This document shows, piece by piece, positions 11,486 through 24,351 of a stretch of 64,000 nucleotides of DNA (positions are counted from its first letter, which is position 1; each line of letters opens with the position of its first letter). This DNA comes from Octopus bimaculoides (lineage: Eukaryota): the NCBI RefSeq assembly GCF_001194135.2, contig NC_068995.1:50822860-50886859 (forward strand), read 5' to 3'. Made by a program: the position numbers and the translations under genes. Below the pieces are notes generated by a model. It was given only the letters and a program-made list of their open reading frames with translations, did not search any database and was not told the origin of the DNA.

Positions 11486-12062
11486 CATCATCATCATCGT
11501 TTAACGTCCGCTTTCCATGCTAGCATGGGTTGGACGATTTGACTGAGGACTGGTGAAACCGGATGGCAACACCAGGCTCCAGTCTGATTTGGCAGAGTTT
11601 CTACAGCTGGATGCCCTTCCTAACGCCAACCACTCAGAGAGTGTAGTGGGTGCTTTTACGTGTCACCCGCACGAAAACGGCCACGCTCAAAATGGTGCAT
11701 CTCATGTGCCACCCGCACAAGAACCAGTCCAGGGGCACTGGCAACGATCTTACTTGGCTTGCCGGGTCTTNNNNNNNNNNNNNNNNNNNNNNNNNNNNNN
11801 NNGCACAGCACATTTCCAAAGGTCTCGGTCAGTAGTCATCGCCTCGGTGAGGCCCAATGTACGAAGGTCTTGCCTCACCACCTCAGCCCAGGTCTTCCTG
11901 GGCCTACCTCTTCCACGGGTTCCCTCAACTGTTAGGGTGTGGCACTTTTTCACGCAGCTATCCTCCTCCATTCTCACCACATGTCCATACCAGCGCAATC
12001 GTCTCTCTTGCACGCCACAACTGATGCTTCTAATGTTCAGCTTTTCTCTCAAGATACTTACA
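11486..12062 (-). mobile_element. Young 5'-truncated RTE-clade LINE (ORF2 C-terminus, 3' UTR, (ATG)n tail), small gap inside
   Basis: RRLRWYGHVVRMEEDSCVKKC...RGRGRPRKTWAEVV is a typical RTE ORF2 end, followed by a 3' UTR ending GGACGTTAAACGATGATGATG. Confidence 0.9.
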
Positions 12063-12514
12063 CTCTGACGGGTATTCACATTGACATTGTGGTTAGAATG
12101 TCGCAGGAAAAAAAAAATTGCAAGACAGATTCTTCAAGCCAAGCCAACTGGCAGGAGACCAAGAATGGGACGGTTGGGTAATGTCCAGTCTCAGATGGTC
12201 ATGGTAAGGGATCCAGCCAGAAAGTCTAATAATGGTTGCTTCTGATAGGATCCTATGGTGGAGGTGCCTGTGGGTTTTACCAACATGGTTCTCCCAGGAA
12301 TAGTGGGCAGAGAAGATAAATGGATAGGCAGATGACATAAAGACAGAGTACAGTTTAACATGATTATCATCCAGAATACATTTAAGAAGTCAACACTTTC
12401 TATTCACTTAACTAATGTGAGAAAGTCTGTATGTAGACATATACTGTCTACAGAATGTGCATTTTTATATGTTACATATTAAGTGTTTGTCACTGACATC
12501 TGAAGAATACTGAC

Positions 12515-12594
12515 CTCAAGTATCAAATGTTTCAGCTCCTGGTCTGTGAGAAAGGAAGGTTTATAGGATCCATCATTACTTGTATTTCCAGTTC
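12515..12594 (-). CDS. ARNT: ARNT exon 5 ([27 protein letters not shown]), 80 nt
   Basis: Acceptor ttcttccag|, donor GAG|GTCAGT, near-identical to the ARNT linker/A' helix. Confidence 0.97.
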
Positions 12595-12777
12595 CTGGAA
12601 GAATATAAAAATGAAATTTACCAACCTGAAATTTGATACAATGTTCAAAGGAAAATAACTAAAGAAAAACACCATTTTACAAAATAACACAAGTAAAATT
12701 TGATGAGTTGTAGTGCATCTGAACACTATACACAATAATTTCATCATTATTATAATTATTATTTTATAAAAATAAAA

Positions 12778-13079
12778 GCACCATCCGAACGTGGTTGATG
12801 TCAGTACACCCTGACTGGCACCCATGCTGGTGGCACAGAAAAAGCACCATCTGAACGTGGCCGATGCCAGTACCTCCTGACTGGCTCCTGTGCCGGTGGC
12901 ATGTAAAAAGCACCCACGACACTCTTGGAGTGGTTGGCATAGGAAGGACATCCAGCTGTAGAAACATTGCCAGATCAGATTGGAACCTGGTGCAGCCGCT
13001 GGCTCTCCAGACCTCAGTCAAACCATCCAACCCATTCCAGCATGGAAAACGGACGTTAAACGATGGTGATGATGATGAT
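12778..13079 (+). mobile_element. RTE LINE 3' UTR with (ATG)n tail
   Basis: ...CCATCCAACCCATTCCAGCATGGAAAACGGACGTTAAACGATGGTGATG, reverse complement of the family seen at 11486. Confidence 0.85.
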
Positions 13080-13459
13080 TGAATAAGCACTATTTTATAG
13101 TTTGGTAAAAATAGAATTGTTTACAGGTTTACTGTTTATTTTAAACTACTGCTTTAATTGTTCTTGTTTGGATGTCGAGATACTTTGAAATGATAGCAGA
13201 GGGTATCTCTTATCTTTCCTTTTAATTGTTTCTGTAATTACACCTTAGTCTTGCTGGGGCCCTGTAAATCTATATAGTTTTGGAAGTTGCATTTAAAATG
13301 TTTACACAATGCATTAACTGTGAACGACTAGACTGTTCCTAGACTAATTAAGGTTTCAATGGTGACAACAAATCTTATAATCTTCCAGCTTGAGGTTATG
13401 TTAGAAGGAAAAAAAGAAAAAAGAAAAAAAGAGAAAGAGAAAGAAATCGAGATCCTTAC

Positions 13460-13617
13460 CTCTTAATGTTTTCATGTGGGACACAGCCATACGTAATATT
13501 GTTAGTTTGTCTGGTTTGCGAGCAAGGGTGCTGCAGGTTGGTACCATATCACACAGCTCATTTATATAAGCAGTCATCTTGTTCCGCCGCCGCCTTTCAA
13601 TTTCACAGTGACTTTCC
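13460..13617 (-). CDS. ARNT: ARNT exon 4, bHLH domain ([14 protein letters not shown]...HMKTLR), 158 nt
   Basis: Acceptor tccctcag|, donor AG|GTAAGG, bHLH sequence of ARNT type. Confidence 0.98.
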
Positions 13618-13673
13618 CTGAGGGATGACAAGCAAAAAGCAAATACTTACACATTTCTTATACACAGCCATAC

Positions 13674-13728
<55 letters not shown>

Positions 13729-15642
13729 TCGTTTTAATCTCTCCCTTTGTACTTCAACATTAATTAAAACTGCCATTGTAACTAAACACAGGTGAGATGA
13801 ACCAAACAACAAGACAGAACAAAGGTAGACCTTCAGTAGTGTTAATGCTTTAGCTGTGTAGCGTAAAATTACCAGAACTTCTTCCTAGCTAAAGTTATTT
13901 ACATAAATTATAAGACATGGCTGCATGGTTTCAGGTTCAGTTTTAAAGAGATGCCTTGGTGAAGTGACTTCAAGTATTGCCATGAGTTGACCAAATTCTT
14001 GCGAGACAATTTTGTTAGAAACCGTAAGAAAGCTTACTGTCTCTCTCTTTCATACACACAGAGCCTACTAAATATTGCATGGGAGAACATAGGAATACTG
14101 GAAATGGTGAATGAGTGCATTGTAAAAACAATCTGAGAGTGATGGTCACTTAGTTCTAATCACCTACAATGCTCCCTCAAAATTCAAACCATGTCTACTC
14201 CAGAACCTAGCAGCTATTGGGGGTCTTAATCTCTAACTCTGTCAGTCTCATACAGCAACCAGGACTTAAGCCAGTTGTGCATTATCTCCTATAGTTTGGA
14301 AATTTACTTGATTTGTAAGTGATATATTTAGCTGATATATTTTAGACAAAGAATCCAAACGCCAGATCGATATCATAATGCTGTTGTGGCTAAGCAAATA
14401 TATAGATACTTTAAAAATGTGAAATTCTAAAAAAAAAAATTGTCTTATTTTATTAAATTATTTTAGAGTTCTTCCCCTTGGATTAAGAAGCGAAAAACAA
14501 ACCGTATTTTAATGAAACGCTTTTACTCCTAAGTTGCCAGGATGGGATGACGTTTCACTGGCTGGATTACATATAGCAGAGCCTAGACACTTATTACAAG
14601 AGTTGTAACAGTAAGGATTGAACTAATGATCATGAAATTAGTAGACCAGATTCTTCACCTCAGAGTACTGTTCCTCTGTTTTTAAAAAAAATTTTGCATA
14701 CATACACAAGACCTATATTCTTAGGGAAAGGAATATGAAAAGTGTGACATTCATGTCTTTCCCCAGAGCATTAGCGGCATAAGAAAATGGTTTTAACAAG
14801 GAATAGAAACCATGTTGGGGAAGCAAGGATGGGGATTCGCTTACTGAAACTACATTATATTTTATGATGCTTGCTTTAAATTAGTAAAACCCAAAAACTT
14901 CCTATTACATGTGGCAAATATTAACATATGCCATAAAGGAATAAAAAGTACTTGTGCTGGTACCAAATGTATGAGTCTAGGTAAACTGAGGCAGGGAGAA
15001 TTTGACTCCAGCCAAAAACACAATAATCAAATACATTGGTTGCTTCATCTGTTAAATAAAGCAACCAACACATCTTCATATCAGACTCTATAATCTAAGA
15101 AATAAACATAAAAAAATAAAGGGTACAGAGGATTGTGTACTGCTAAATACACTATGCTGAGAATACAAGATGATTATGGTGGGAAAAGCTTTAATTTTTG
15201 GTCTGATCTATGGCCAAGAAAAACAACAATAACAAGAACATTGGAAATAAAAATACAGACTTACTGGATTGAACTTGCAACTCATTAATTACTTGGGTAT
15301 TGCAACTCATTTTGTTTTATGTAATAACTATTTATAAGTCAAACACACCAAGAGATACAGGGATAAAGTGTATTTGTTTGGAAAGTGAGGTGGTGGCAGG
15401 AAACAGATCCAGACTTAAAACACTGTCTCATAAAGGGGACCATAATAAGTACAATTAGAGAGAGAGAGAGAGAGTATGCCTGTAGTACCTTTCTCTGGGT
15501 ACTTAATGTGTGGGTATAGTTAAACTGAGACAAGATGAATTTGGTACTTCAACCCAAAACAATGAAATACATTGGTTGCTTGATCTGTTAGATACAGCAG
15601 CGAAAAACACCCTCAAATTCCACTTAACAATCTTTGTCTTTT

Positions 15643-16017
15643 ATCTTTTACTTGTTTCAGTCATTAGAGTGCGGCCATGCTGGGGCACTGCCTTGAAGAA
15701 TTTTTAGTCGAATATATTGACCCAAGTACTTGTTGTTTTTTTTAAAGCTTGGTACTTATACTATCAGTCTCTTTTGCTGAACTTCTAAGTTATGTGGATG
15801 TAAACATACCAACACCGATTGACAAGTGGTGGTGGTAGGGACAAACAGACACAAAGACACACACACACATGTCTACCAAATCCAGATTTACTCATAAAGA
15901 TTTGGTTACCCTGAAGCTATAGTAGAAGACACTTGCCCAATGAGCCATGCAGTGGGACTGAACCTGGAACCATGTGGTTGGGAAGCAAGCTTCTTACCAC
16001 ACAGCTACATCTGTACC
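15643..16017 (-). mobile_element. SINE family A copy (others at about 503-570, 20655-20968, 24010-24180, 55000-55055 and 55603-56001 minus; 19716-19870, 19873-20066, 29050-29170, 46440-46620, 61081-61569 and 63130-63230 plus)
   Basis: Same head, core and tail motifs as 5231-5643. Confidence 0.8.
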
Positions 16018-17777
16018 TATATACATATAAACCAAAATCAAGGATGCAGGGACTCAGCTCTAATATTATTAAAATATAAAACAGTTACTAAAATTATTAA
16101 ATGAAATTATTTTTAAAACACATTTAACTTTTGGATATCTAGTTTGCCCTCAAGTATCTTTATCACAACCCCTTTTTTTTTTAAACTGTGCCTCAGCCTA
16201 ATACATTCACTGTGTATATTTTTGTTGCTTTGTTGTTTTTACTTTTAATTTTGCATTTATTTTTTATTTGCCTACACACACACACACACACAGAAAACTG
16301 TCCATCCCTTCACAATTATTCATTACAATGATGACTAATCACAAAAGATGATTTTTGTACACAAAAAAGATAAAAAGAAAAAAACAATGATGAAGGATTT
16401 TTAAAAAATNNNNNNNNNNTTTTTTTTTTTTTTTTTTGCTTTTTGATATTTTAGTTTAAAGATTTACTGTATCATATTTTAGTCTTAATCATTTTCAGGC
16501 TATCATATCACTGGTGTTACTAACAAAACACACATTTAAATTAATAAAAAGAAAAATAAATATAAAGTTCAGGTGTTCTATCTCTACTTTGCAGTAATGT
16601 TTATTAAGCTATAGATTCATGGGGAGACTGTTTTAAACTTTGTATCTGCGTATATTGTTTTTCTCCAAGATCACATGAATAAGAATTACATTTTTGCCCA
16701 CTAATGAAATAATTATAAGTTACAGAAGTGTTCCTGCTGTGTATAGATGTATCTATTCATGTCTGACTGAACGAGGCCATTAGAAGTGTTTTTCTGCAAA
16801 AGAAGCTATGCATTAATAAGATAAGAATAATTGCCCTCTGGCTTGTAGGCTGGACTCCTAATGATTTAACCAGCTGTGACTGTGTCTATGCGCTTTTTTG
16901 TATTTTTCTGCTTGACTATTCATAATCAGTGGCTTGCATCAATTAATGATTTATCCAATTAACTTCATGGCACGAAGAGATGTGAGTTGTTATGCTTACA
17001 CCTATCGCAAGGATGTCAGCAAAACACCTGAAGTGAAACAGCCACAATAAAAAATTGAAACTAGTCACTGGAAACTCATCTTCTACTTCATGGTACTTAC
17101 CTGTGTGTGTGTATGTCTGTGTGTGTGTGTTGTGTGTGTTGTGCATGCGTGCATGTGTGATCTTTCATATCTGTTTTTCCAATGGTTGGTAATGTTTTGC
17201 CACTAGATGTAGTCCTTCATTATCCGATGTACTTTCTTTCTCATTCTCTCTTGCCAGGTGGGCAAGCCGTCTTCACATCTTCAGCAAAACACCTACTCCT
17301 CTCGCTCTATCATATCTACTGTAGTTTATTTCTCTGGTGTAAACCTTGCTCAGCCGAGGCGGGGGTCTTGTGGGTACTTGGTGACCTCACCAGTGCTGAC
17401 GCCACATAAGAATGCATGCCATACACTCTGTTAAGTGGTTGGCGCGTTAGGATGGTAGAAACCCTGCCAGAGCAGACACAGAACTTAGCACAGCACTCTG
17501 GCTTCTAGGTTCTTATCAAACCATCCAACCCATGCCAGCATGGGAAAAGAGACGATAAATGATGATGGTGATGATGATGATGATGATGATGTAACTTGAA
17601 GGAGATGGCTGTAGCTGATTGAATCAGTTCAGTTTAAGACTGGTACTTATATCAAGGGAGAGGGCTGAAAGGTGAAGTTGACTTTGGCATGATTTACAGC
17701 TGGAACATAAGTAAAAACTAACAGAAGGCAATCTAGACCTGCAATCTACCATTTCTCACACACATACACATACACAT

Positions 17778-17817
<40 letters not shown>

Positions 17818-18041
17818 ACCATCCCTTTACAAAAAAATGTTAATAACGATAACGTGTAACATGGAGATTCAAGTAGTTTGAAATGGAGTGAGACTAGGGT
17901 TAAATAGAGTCCTGGAGAACCACCTGAAGCTTTTTAAAACAAGAAGCATATAGGTCTCTTTAACAGCATAAATAGTTGTTAAAAGCCAGTGAAATTCTTT
18001 ACATTTCATCTTCAGACAAACTACTAAATCTGGAGATTTAC

Positions 18042-18116
18042 CTGGCAAACCTTTCTTTGTCAATTGCATCTTGGGAAGTGGAGAAAGAACCGTGCTGGCT
18101 GTCATCATCGTCAGAA
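18042..18116 (-). CDS. ARNT: ARNT exon 3 (DSDDDDSQHGSFSTSQDAIDKERFAR), 75 nt
   Basis: Acceptor ttgcttgctag|, donor AG|GTAAAT, DKERFAR motif. Confidence 0.95.
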
Positions 18117-21100
18117 CTAGCAAGCAAAAAAAAAAAAATAACAATAATAAATAAAAATAACAATGATAATAAAAAAAAAAGAAGAGAAAACAAGTAGAAG
18201 ACAAAAATAAGCAAAGTCAATTTTACTGGCTGAAAATAACAAACAATTAAAGCATTTACAGTAATAAGGCACAAGTAATTACATCATGAACAACAGATGC
18301 AGTAAAGTATAATAAAGTAGACAATGTTGTATGACTAATGAATGCAGTAAACGTATTTATCATATGACCAACAGATGATGAAAGGCTCTTCATGGCTGTA
18401 GGAAACATGTTAGAAACGGTAAAAGTAATCATCACATAACTAACAGATGTACAAAATTAGTAACCACACAACGGATAAACATTGTAGAAAAATTTGGTTT
18501 ATAATTTTGGCACAAGGCCAGCAATTTCGGGGGAGGGGTAAGTCGATTACATTGCCCCCCACCCAGCACACAACTGGTATTTATTTTATCAAGGTTGAAA
18601 GTCAAAGCCAACCTTGGTGGCATTTTGAACTCAAAGTGTAAAGATGGAAGAAATGAAGCTCAGCATTTTCCCCAGTATGGTAATGGCTTTAACACTGTAA
18701 TCACCTCATCGAAATCATGAAGCTATGAGATAATGCGTAATTAATTCTAAACCACGAATAAATAAGCATTACATTTGACAGACTAATCTGAATGCTGAAG
18801 GATTAAACAATATTTCTATCTAAAACAAAAAATTATCATGCAAACACTCTTCCAGTTTTTCAACTCTGCCAAGATCACATAGGTGTTGACTTATCTTCAA
18901 CCAACTTCACTGAAAGCCTTTGAAATATTTCTATTACATTTATGGTTGATTGATTTGAATGTCTCTGAATGAGTATCTACTTAAACACCGAGTTACAATT
19001 CTGCAGAAACTAGCTGTGTGAGGCAGCAGATAAATGGGTGGAAACTGTACTGTAACTCACTTAACAAATTCATTCTCTTCTAAGAATGTAATAAGATTTA
19101 CTTTTGATTATAATCATGGAACAAATAATTATTTGTTCCATGATTTTACTAATATGTCACAGAGAGAGAGAGGGAGAGAAAGAGAGAGAGAGAGAGAGGG
19201 AGAGAGAGAGAGAGAGAGGGAAAGAAAATTTTTAGCATCTGCTCTGCGTCTTTCCTTAAGAATTTCCAAATTACTTCAGAAAAGTACCTAAAATAGATTC
19301 TATTCATGAAACCACCAGAGCCTGTCGTTGAGTTCAGACTTATCCTTTCTACAGCAGAAATTCAATCTTCTTCATTTGTACCAATGTAATTAAGGACAGC
19401 CTATTTCTTAAAGTTGCACTGCTGAAGAATTCATTTGGTACAGCTATTCACACATATACTGGAAGCATAGTGAAAACACTGCGATGTTTCAAGTATTCTA
19501 TGGGGACAAGTTGTAAGTGAGCTATAACCCTTCAAACAATGGCCCTCTTTTGAGTGCAACAAATCTTTTTTGCAGTTCTAAATCCAAGAACTTCGGTTTC
19601 ATCTCTCTCCCCTTTTCATGAGAGTTTGTTATTTTATTTCTTAATGTATTTATTTGCTTGCATTGCTTGTTCATTTAACTGATTTGCCATTTCTGTTCTT
19701 CATTGCAGAAAGTGTAGACATGGCTGTGTAATTGAGAAATCTGCTTTCCAGCCACATGGTTTTCGGTTCAGTCCTATTGCATGGCACCTTGGGCGAGTAT
19801 TTATTACTATAAACCTAGGCCGACCAAAGCCTTGTGAGTGGGTTTGGTAGATGGGAATTGAAGCTTGTCATAGGCACAGGAGTGGCTGTGTGGTAAGTAG
19901 CTTGCTTACCAACCACATGGTTCTGGGTTCTTTTTGGCAAAAGAGACTGATAGAATAAGTACTAGGTTTACAAAGAATAAGTCCTGAGGTTGATTTGCTT
20001 GACTAAAGGTGGTGCTCCAGCATGGCCACAGTCAAATGACTGAAACAAGTAAAAGAATAAAAGAATATGTGGTGTGTGTGCATGTATGTACATATGTATG
20101 TATGCCTTCTTGTCTTGACATTATGTGATAGTTGTAAATGAGTGTCACCATCATACAGGCGGTGTTATTCTTTCCAGTCTTCCATGAAAACATGTCTGGT
20201 CATGGGGAAACATTACCTTGCTTTAGAAAGATAATATTTAGCAACAGGGAGAGCATCCAGCTATTGAAAATCTCCTCAATGAATTCTGTTTGAACCCATG
20301 CAAGCATGGAAAAGTGGACATACAAAACAAGTTCAAAATCCTGCTGGAATTGACAATGTTTCTCAACCTTCTGGGTTCAGGTTAATAAGACAAGTACCTG
20401 TAATATACTGGTCCCTATCTAATAAATTGTATTTCTGTCAAGTCAAAGTTAATATATATTTTAGGGTAAAACAAAACCCTAACCCCCCATAGAGGTGCTC
20501 ATTATTTATGACTGTTTAGCATTTAAATGTTATGACATTTTAATAACATTTACACTTCAACTCAAGCTTAAAATAAGAAATAAAAATTTTTTTAAACATT
20601 ATCAAACTCTACGAACCTAAAATTTCTTTCAACGGAAGATTAATATCTCACGTTTTATCTTTTACTTGTTTCAGTCATTAGACTGCAGTCATGCTGGGGC
20701 ACCACCAACTGAAAGAACTTTTGGTTAAATGAATCAACCCTAAGACTTATTTTTATAAAGCATGGTACATATTCTATTGGTCTCTTTTGCTGAAATGCTA
20801 AGTTGTAGGAACATAAACACACACACACTGGTTGTCAAGTGGTGGGGGAGGACAAACACAGAGACACAGGCTTTGGTTGGCCTGAGACTTGGCCAAGGCA
20901 TCATGCAGTGGGATTGAACTTGGAACCAGGTGCTTGTGAAGCAAACTTCTTACCACACAGCTATGCCAATGCATATATATATATATCATCATCATCATCA
21001 TCATCATTTAACGTCTGCTTTCCATGCTGGCATGGGTTGGACGGTTTGACAGAAGCTGGCCAGGCAGGAGCCTGCACCAGACATCTGTGTCTGTTTTGGC

Positions 21101-22693
21101 AGGGTTTTTATGGCTGGATGCCCTTCCTAACACCCAGCAGAGTGGACTGAGTGCTTTTTACATGGTACAAGCACAGGCAAGGTCAGTTTTGGCAGGGTTT
21201 TTATGGCTGGATGCCCTTCCAAATGCCAACCACTCTACAGTGTGGACTGGATGTTTTAGACACAGTATCAGCACTTTAAAAAGAAAAACTCAGTAAATAC
21301 AATTCAGGGTATAGACGGAAATTTAATAATTAAAACTTTCTTTTAATTATTTTTTTTTATTTGATAACAATTGAAAATGACTCCCAGTCAAAAACAGGAA
21401 GACTGTGTATGCATATTCACATTTACATATCAATCTGTGAGGTGGTTTTAGAGTAACTCAAGCAATTATTCTTTTGTTAGCATAGCAGAAGAAAGAATTG
21501 AATAACCAAGGAAAATAAAGAAAAAAATACTTCTTAACTCTATTACATACAATCACAAGGCTATGAGGAGAAATTCAATGTGATTGTGCAATCTGCTGGA
21601 AATAGCAGCAAAAAGATCTCTTTCAAAAATTACACTCTGTTGTTTTAAAAGAGGAAGAGTGCATTGGATGAGGTGATTTTAGATGTGCTATACCTGAAGA
21701 ACAAAGACAAAGTGGTCACAGATGGAATGTCCTTGATCATAGGTTTGCTTGATCAGAGTTGACTTGGGGTTAAAAGTCAACAATGAGTATCTACAAGGAT
21801 TAGTGGTGATGATGATGATGATGATGATAGTGTTAGTGTATGTGCAACAGTAGGTGTATGTGTGTGTAAATTGTGGTTATGCAAAGCATTCAGACACATT
21901 TAACATAAATAAAAATCTACAAGCTGGTCCCTTTCCACATATTCAACAAAAGAGAAATGGAGAATGGCTGGTGGGGGAAGAACGAGTTAATAAAATGAAA
22001 AAAGCAACTTGTTTGATGATATTGTTTTACTTACAAGGTGGGTGGGGGAATTCAAAGGCATGTCTTGTTTCTGATGATAACAATTGAAAACAAATCCAAT
22101 TTGGAAACAGGAAAAAGGTACAAAATATCTATATTTACAAGAGGTGGGTTTTTTTTAAGAATAAATTGGAAACTAAAGAATTTATTCTTTTGTTAGCATT
22201 ACAGAAGGAAGAACTAGAGAAATATGGAGTTATATATGAGTGTGTATGTATGAGCCTGGGCTAGAATGGACTTAGGAATAATGGTGACCAAGGAGTAACT
22301 CCATCCTCTCTAAAACTCCCGAGCAAGAGCCTCACCACTGGACGAAGTGTGATATCTTGCCCAGGACAGAACTAGGTTTCAAGGCAATGAATGTTAAAAA
22401 CTGACCTAATGCACTATATTTCAATCTAATCTAGAAATTGTTAAGTGTTATAGTAAATAACAACTATCAATAAATTAACACTAATTTTCATGTTTAAATA
22501 TGTGTGTGTGCGCATGAGAGAGAGGGGGGGGGGCAACTTTTCAACAAAGTCAGTCAGCTAATTAATATGGATGTTTAAGATAACAGAACACTAGGCTGTT
22601 TGACATTGTACTTGTTTAGTAATTAATACCTTACGGGTTTTGAGTTAAAATGACTCCAGATTAAATTGAATAAGTAGCTGTAATATATATATA

Positions 22694-23194
22694 NNNNNNN
22701 NNNNNNNNNNNNNNNNNNNNNNNNNNNNNNNNNNNNNNNNNNNNNNNNNNNNNNNNNNNNNNNNNNNNNNNNNNNNNNNNNNNNNNNNNNNNNNNNNNNN
22801 NNNNNNNNNNNNNNNNNNNNNNNNNNNNNNNNNNNNNNNNNNNNNNNNNNNNNNNNNNNNNNNNNNNNNNNNNNNNNNNNNNNNNNNNNNNNNNNNNNNN
22901 NNNNNNNNNNNNNNNNNNNNNNNNNNNNNNNNNNNNNNNNNNNNNNNNNNNNNNNNNNNNNNNNNNNNNNNNNNNNNNNNNNNNNNNNNNNNNNNNNNNN
23001 NNNNNNNNNNNNNNNNNNNNNNNNNNNNNNNNNNNNNNNNNNNNNNNNNNNNNNNNNNNNNNNNNNNNNNNNNNNNNNNNNNNNNNNNNNNNNNNNNNNN
23101 NNNNNNNNNNNNNNNNNNNNNNNNNNNNNNNNNNNNNNNNNNNNNNNNNNNNNNNNNNNNNNNNNNNNNNNNNNNNNNNNNNNNNNNNNNNNNN
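22694..23194. other. Assembly gap (others: 11771-11802, 16410-16419, 34070-34980, 35823-36347, 37252-38107, 40488-40612, 48631-49218, 61570-61769)
   Basis: Runs of N, mostly bordered by microsatellites or young repeats. Confidence 0.99.
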
Positions 23195-24189
23195 ACCAAA
23201 TATACAGTGCGTGTGTTTTTATTGGCTAAACTGGCAATATGACCATCCCCAAGTACAACAACATCTGTTTCAACACACAATTTCACATCAAAAATCTTGC
23301 AAAACAAATATGTATATATATATATATATATAAATAACAATTAGAAAATGGAGGATAATATGCTGAACCCAACTACTTGCAGACGGTGTATCCCGTTGAA
23401 TTCATTAATTTAATTCATAGCAAAAGTGACAAAAAAAGAAAGAAAAAGAAAGAAAGAACCAAATCACAGGTGTCTATGGCAGACCATGTTATTTTGCCAA
23501 CCTGGTTTACATATAGAAGTACAAAGTACATAAGGAATTAGAGGATGAACAGAAGTTTAATCTTATATATATGTATATGTATGGTATGTATGTATAAGGG
23601 TTGACTCAGTCTGTTATACAGCTTCATTCTTACACACATGTACACAAATAATAATATCTAAGTAATACATTTCATGAAATTTGCTATTAATTAATTAATG
23701 TGTATGTGTAAGTGTGTGTATTTGTAATCATTCAATGCCACATGTTCATTCCATTACTACTTGTGCCACATAAAAGCACCTGTGTGGTGCCATGTAAAAG
23801 TGCCCTGTGCAGCTCCACATAAAAGCATCCAGCACACTCTGTAAGGTGGTTGGCGTTAGGAAAGGCATCCAGCCATAGAGACCATGCCAAATCAGAAGGA
23901 GTCTGGTGTAACTCTCCAACTTGCCAGCTGTGGTCAAACCATCCAACCCATGCCATCATGGACAATGGATGTTAAATGATGATGATGATGATGATGATAC
24001 ACACACACATGCACACATGATGGGCTTCCTTCAGTTTCCATCTACTAAATCCACTCACAAGGCTTTGGCTGACCCAAGGCTATAGTAGAAGGCCCTTGTC
24101 CTAGGTGCTATACAGTGGGACTGAACCCAGAACCATGAGTTTGCGTAGCAAGTTTCTTATCACACACCCATGCCTGCACTTATAGATTA

Positions 24190-24351
24190 TCGTATCTTAC
24201 CATGTATAAGGAACCTCCTAATTTTTGGGGCTTAAAATTTAGAAAAATGGTTTTGTAAGGGATTATAATACTATTCATGTATAAGAAACTCCCATATTTT
24301 TTAAACTTAATTTTTGACAGAAAAGGGTCCCTTATACATGTTAAAATATGG
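24190..24351. mobile_element. Tc1/mariner-superfamily MITE
   Basis: Imperfect TIRs (T)CGTATCTTACCATGTATAAGGAACC / GGTCCCTTATACATGTTAAAATATGG, TA on both flanks (24188-89, 24352-53). Confidence 0.7.

Noticed and set aside
14530-14590. GAAACGTC on the minus strand as another hammerhead
   Set aside because: No CUGANGA strand upstream of a stem II.
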